NCBI GenBank assembly: GCA_963749155.1
Contig: CAVVLO010000005.1
Span: forward strand, 192,001 to 256,000
Length of the DNA stretch: 64,000 bases
From: an uncultured Armatimonadia bacterium
GTDB taxonomy: Bacteria; Armatimonadota; Zipacnadia; CAVVLO01
Direction: 5' to 3'
Below the pieces are notes generated by a model, which saw nothing but the letters and a program-made list of their open reading frames with translations, was not told where the DNA came from and searched no databases. The stretch's first letter is position 1. Every line of letters starts with the position of its first letter. The translations under genes were made by a program, and so were the position numbers. This document shows, in pieces, positions 60,195 through 64,000 of this stretch.

Positions 60195-60203
60195 GAGGGG
60201 AGC

Positions 60204-62396
60204 GTGCAAGAAACGAAGTTGCAGCCTGAGGCTCTTTGGCAGCTTGTCGAGGAGAGCCGCGACAGCCTGCTTGCGGCGAAGGACAACCTCGGTTTCGAGC
60301 GCGCGCGGCTGGTTACTGACGCCTGGGTCACTCACGAGAGCGAGCCAAGGCCTCTTTTGCGCGCGAAAGCCTTCACAAAAGTACTCGCCGAGATGACCCT
60401 GGACCTCGATTCCAATCCAGTTTTTGCGGGTAACACCTCGCCCAGGCCCCGCGAGTGGATGCTCATCCCCGAACACGGCTTTGGGGCCGATGCGCAAGTG
60501 CTGCTGGAGCACGACGGGCTGGATGCGCTGTGGGAAGGCGCTCCTGTCCCCGCTGACCTGGTGGAGTTCTGGCGCGAGCGCAGCTTCGGCGGCTTGTGTG
60601 ACGTCGGCCACCTGGCGGTTGACCTGTCGCGCGTTGTGCACGAGGGGCTGGGTTCCTTCCTCACAGAACTGGCTCACTTTCCGGCTGATGATTCGCCCGA
60701 GGGCGTTTATCGCCAGGCGATGAAGCTGTCGCTCGAAGCGGTCCTCGCCTGGGCAGAGCGCTACAGGCAGGCGGCGCTTGTAAGGGCCGCTGAAGAGGGC
60801 GATCCAACCCGCCGAGAGTGCCTTCTGCGCATCGCCAAGGCCCTCTCCCAAGTGCCTGCGAAGCCTGCGCGCAGCCTGTTCGAGGGGCTGCAGAGCATCG
60901 CTTTGGTGCACCTGGCCAGCGTTCTAGAGGGCCATGCTATCTCGCTTTCTGTCGGTCTGCCAGACCGTATACTGGCCCCCTTCATAACCGACGACTTCGA
61001 TGCCGAGGAAGCTACCGCCCTCATCGCTGCGTGGATGCTCAAGCTGACCGCCAACTCGTGGAATGGACGCGGCAGCAAGACGCAGGCTATCACGGTGGGC
61101 GGGGCAGACGCCACTGGCAAGGACCGGTGTAATGAACTCACAAGTTGTTTCCTGGCCGCGGCAGGACGCCTGCGAGTCGGCGATCCCCAGGTCTTTCTGC
61201 GTTGGCATCCAAAGCTGCCGGAGGCCATCAAACGCCAGGCGGCGGAATCACTCTGCTCAGGCCATGTGATGCCCTTGCTCATCGGCGATGGGCCGACCGC
61301 CCAGGGCTTCATCGAGGCTGGTTGTACTCCCGAGGATGCCTGGGACTACTGCGTCATCGGCTGCAACGAACTGGGCATACCTGGCCGTTCATGCGAGTCG
61401 GCGATGGCCTTGTGCGGCAGCGTGCCTTATGTGCGTTGCCTTTCGGAAACGCTTACTGCCCATCCGGATCTCGATTCTATCGCCGATATGGACGCGTTGC
61501 TTGGCCTGTATGAGCAGCGACTGCGCGCCTCGCTTGGGCAGCTGCGCAAGTGGGGTGAAGCCCACCGGCTGCGGCTGGCGGAGGAGTGTCCAACGCCCTT
61601 CACTTCCGCACTGATGACGGGCTGTATTGAACAAGGCAAAGACCTCCTGGTCGGCGAGAAGTACCAGCTTGCCGGCACCTATGAGCGAGGCCTGACAAAC
61701 GCTGCCAATGCCCTCCTGGCCCTGAGCGAGCTGGTCTTCAAGGAGCGTCAGATTAGCCTGAGCCAGGTTGCCGAGGCCTTGAGAGACGACTTTTCCGACG
61801 AGGCCCTGCGCCTGCTGCTGCACTCGCGCGGCAGATGGGGGCGCGATGAGGAAACCGCAGATGTGTGGGCGCTGCGGTTGATCGAGCTGCGAGAGCGCCT
61901 CCTTGACGAGTTGGATGTCCAATATGGCCGCCGCCATGTTGTCTGCCATGTTGTGCGCAGCCTGCACCGGCTGGATGGCCTGCACCTGGCCGCTTCGCCC
62001 GATGGCCGCAGGGCGGGAGAACCACTCTCTGACAGTATTGGCCCAGCGCTTGGGGTAAGCCCTGCCGGGCCAACCGGCCTGCTTGCCAGCGTGCTGAAGC
62101 TGGACGCCGCGCGCTACTACCGAGGCGGATACAATCTCAATCTGACACTCGACGGCGCGGTCGCCAGCCCCGAGGTGGTGCTCGCTCTGGCCGAGGGCTT
62201 CTTCACCGCCGGCGGGCAGGAGCTGCAGGTCCAGTGTCTTGATCCAGCGCTGCTGCGCGAGGCTCAACAACAGCCGAATCTGCATCAGGGTCTCGTGGTG
62301 CGCATCGCGGGCTTCTGCGCGCGGTTCGTGGACCTCTCCCGCACCGAGCAGGATGAACTGCTAGCCAGGGCTGATGCCGCAAGCGCTCAGACTTAG
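60204..62396 (+). CDS. Glycyl radical enzyme (PFL superfamily), substrate unknown
   Basis: GHL, VPAKPARSLFEGLQ, Cys loop CVIGCNE, ASPDGRRAGEPLSD, Gly-radical loop LVVRIAGF. Confidence 0.88.
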   Translation: MQETKLQPEALWQLVEESRDSLLAAKDNLGFERARLVTDAWVTHESEPRPLLRAKAFTKVLAEMTLDLDSNPVFAGNTSPRPREWMLIPEHGFGADAQVLLEHDGLDALWEGAPVPADLVEFWRERSFGGLCDVGHLAVDLSRVVHEGLGSFLTELAHFPADDSPEGVYRQAMKLSLEAVLAWAERYRQAALVRAAEEGDPTRRECLLRIAKALSQVPAKPARSLFEGLQSIALVHLASVLEGHAISLSVGLPDRILAPFITDDFDAEEATALIAAWMLKLTANSWNGRGSKTQAITVGGADATGKDRCNELTSCFLAAAGRLRVGDPQVFLRWHPKLPEAIKRQAAESLCSGHVMPLLIGDGPTAQGFIEAGCTPEDAWDYCVIGCNELGIPGRSCESAMALCGSVPYVRCLSETLTAHPDLDSIADMDALLGLYEQRLRASLGQLRKWGEAHRLRLAEECPTPFTSALMTGCIEQGKDLLVGEKYQLAGTYERGLTNAANALLALSELVFKERQISLSQVAEALRDDFSDEALRLLLHSRGRWGRDEETADVWALRLIELRERLLDELDVQYGRRHVVCHVVRSLHRLDGLHLAASPDGRRAGEPLSDSIGPALGVSPAGPTGLLASVLKLDAARYYRGGYNLNLTLDGAVASPEVVLALAEGFFTAGGQELQVQCLDPALLREAQQQPNLHQGLVVRIAGFCARFVDLSRTEQDELLARADAASAQT

Positions 62397-62409
62397 GGGA
62401 GGCGCTTCT

Positions 62410-64000
62410 ATGAAAGCCAGTCTTGTTGTCGTCCTGCTTGGCCTCGCCCTCGCCTCCCAGGCGCTGGCTTTCCAGCGGATCTATGTTGACGCGCCGGAGA
62501 CTGAGGAAGGCCTCTGGTGGGCCGCTCAGGAGGTCGCTCACCCTCGCTGGACTGTCGCCTCGAGGCCCTTGCTGCCCTTCGAGGGGCAACTTGGCGACTC
62601 AGACCTGTTTATCGCCTGGCCCGAGAGCGCTCACTGGGAGACTGCCCGCGGCTTGCTGCCCGCTGACCTCGACCTGGCGAAGCTCGGGGAGGAAGGTTTT
62701 GCGCTGGTACTGCACGGGGAAGGCGCGCTGGTGGTGGGCTTCACCCGGACAGGCGCCTTCTATGGGTTGATTGAACTGCGTCAGCGGCTCGATGACGGCC
62801 GGCCCCTCTTCACAGCGAAGGTCGAGACCTCCACCCCGATGCTGCGCTACCGCGGCCAGGCAGGCAGCTTCCCCTTCTGGCTTGGCACGACGATGTACGC
62901 GAACCAATGGTCAGGTTATGGGCCGACCGAACAGACTACCGACTGGTGGTGGTTCGATGAGGCCAACTGGCGCGGCCAGTTCCAGGAGCTTGCCCGGGGT
63001 CGCCAGAACGCCCTCGTCTACTGGCATCCTCACCCCTATCCTGCACTTGTTACGGTGCCAGGCTATCCTGAGGCCCAGTATTTTAATCCTGAACTTCAGG
63101 AGGCCTACCGCAAGCAATTTCACTGGATCCTCGAAACCGCTGCCCAATACGGCGTGCGCATCTATCTGCTGACGTGGAACATCTGTCTGACGCCAAAATT
63201 TGCCGAGGCGCAAAACGTACCCGAGTTTGGCGCCGACACGCCCCTGGTGCGCGACTATACAAAACAGGCGGTCAAGGCCTTGTTCACTGAATATCCGGAC
63301 CTCGGTGGGCTGATGACGATGGCGGCTGAGACGCCTCCAAACTGTGTCGATTTTGTGCGCGAGGCCCTCGTAGGCGGCCTTAACGAACTGGAGCCTAGAC
63401 CGCTGCTGGTGTTCTGGACCTGGTGCAGCTACCCCGACCAGGCGAAGGCCCTGCTGGATGAATACCAAGGCCCCTCTGAAGTGATGCACTACCTGCAATA
63501 CGAGCAGCTCTTCTCGGACCAGGTTGACCCGCGCGTGCGGATGACGGCCGATGCCGTAGGCCGTGATGTCGTTTGCCTGGGAGGGCTTGGCACTTCGACC
63601 GCCTGGCAGTATTGGTGCGATTTGCCCTTCCTCCAGCGGTTGCTAGCTGACCTGCCCGAGAAGCGCGGTAGTGGTTCCTTCTTCCAGGGGCTGGACTCCT
63701 ACGAGTGGCTTGGCAGCAAATGGCTCGCTCGCGAGGCCCTGGGACGTTTTCAGTGGGATGCGACAGCCGACTGGCCTGACAGTCTGTGGAAGGCCAAGCT
63801 TGCTCGCAAGTATGGCTCTCCGGAGCTTGCCGATGCCCTATGGACCGCGATGACCGAGGGCTCGGGCATACTGCTGCGCTTTGTCCAGCTAGTCCATTCC
63901 CAGACCGACCACTACCACCCTTATATTGGCCTGCCGCTGGTAAACCTGGTAGCAATGCCGACAATCGAGACCTATGTCTTCGAGAACCACGACTACATCG
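62410..64000 (+). CDS. Secreted putative glycoside hydrolase with GH20/GH67-like N-terminal domain, partial (open to the window end)
   Basis: Manual translation from ATG 62410: MKASLVVVLLGLALASQALA...LGEEGFAL...GAFYGLIEL...PMLRYRG...YWHPHPYP; GGGGAGG RBS; absent from the ORF track, consistent with no stop in the window. Confidence 0.7.
   Translation, partial: MKASLVVVLLGLALASQALAFQRIYVDAPETEEGLWWAAQEVAHPRWTVASRPLLPFEGQLGDSDLFIAWPESAHWETARGLLPADLDLAKLGEEGFALVLHGEGALVVGFTRTGAFYGLIELRQRLDDGRPLFTAKVETSTPMLRYRGQAGSFPFWLGTTMYANQWSGYGPTEQTTDWWWFDEANWRGQFQELARGRQNALVYWHPHPYPALVTVPGYPEAQYFNPELQEAYRKQFHWILETAAQYGVRIYLLTWNICLTPKFAEAQNVPEFGADTPLVRDYTKQAVKALFTEYPDLGGLMTMAAETPPNCVDFVREALVGGLNELEPRPLLVFWTWCSYPDQAKALLDEYQGPSEVMHYLQYEQLFSDQVDPRVRMTADAVGRDVVCLGGLGTSTAWQYWCDLPFLQRLLADLPEKRGSGSFFQGLDSYEWLGSKWLAREALGRFQWDATADWPDSLWKAKLARKYGSPELADALWTAMTEGSGILLRFVQLVHSQTDHYHPYIGLPLVNLVAMPTIETYVFENHDYI

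Overview
GC-rich bacterial chromosomal window. The gene order is Terrabacteria-like, and the many large secreted glycoside-hydrolase-like proteins plus a copper-amine-oxidase N-terminal domain protein suggest an Armatimonadota-like lineage (inference, not verified). Housekeeping blocks are rpsO-pnp-dapB-asd-dapA (minus strand), ffh-rpsP-khpA-rimM-trmD-rplS-lepB-rnhB and yraN-yifB/comM. Accessory content: (1) a tightly coupled run at 5072-14761 encoding an unknown protein, an acyl-ACP-reductase-like protein, an M20 deacylase, a class III aminotransferase, a four-repeat basic helical protein, an FAH-family protein, a response regulator and a secreted glycosidase; (2) feoABC and a D-lyxose isomerase; (3) a tandem array of four paralogous membrane-anchored beta-repeat proteins (30200-37802) with conserved and variable blocks, downstream of an HNH gene and an SH3/propeller gene; (4) an ABC exporter with DUF1854, nnr and a cold-shock gene; (5) a carbohydrate region with GH2, GH32, GH5-like and GH39-like enzymes, an aldolase, a uronate-isomerase-like protein and a glycyl radical enzyme with no adjacent activase. 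Eight genes carry single-base frameshifts (seven are +1), most likely sequencing or assembly errors. No tRNA, rRNA, CRISPR array, integrase or transposase was recognised. Family calls come from motifs read by eye; no database searches were run.
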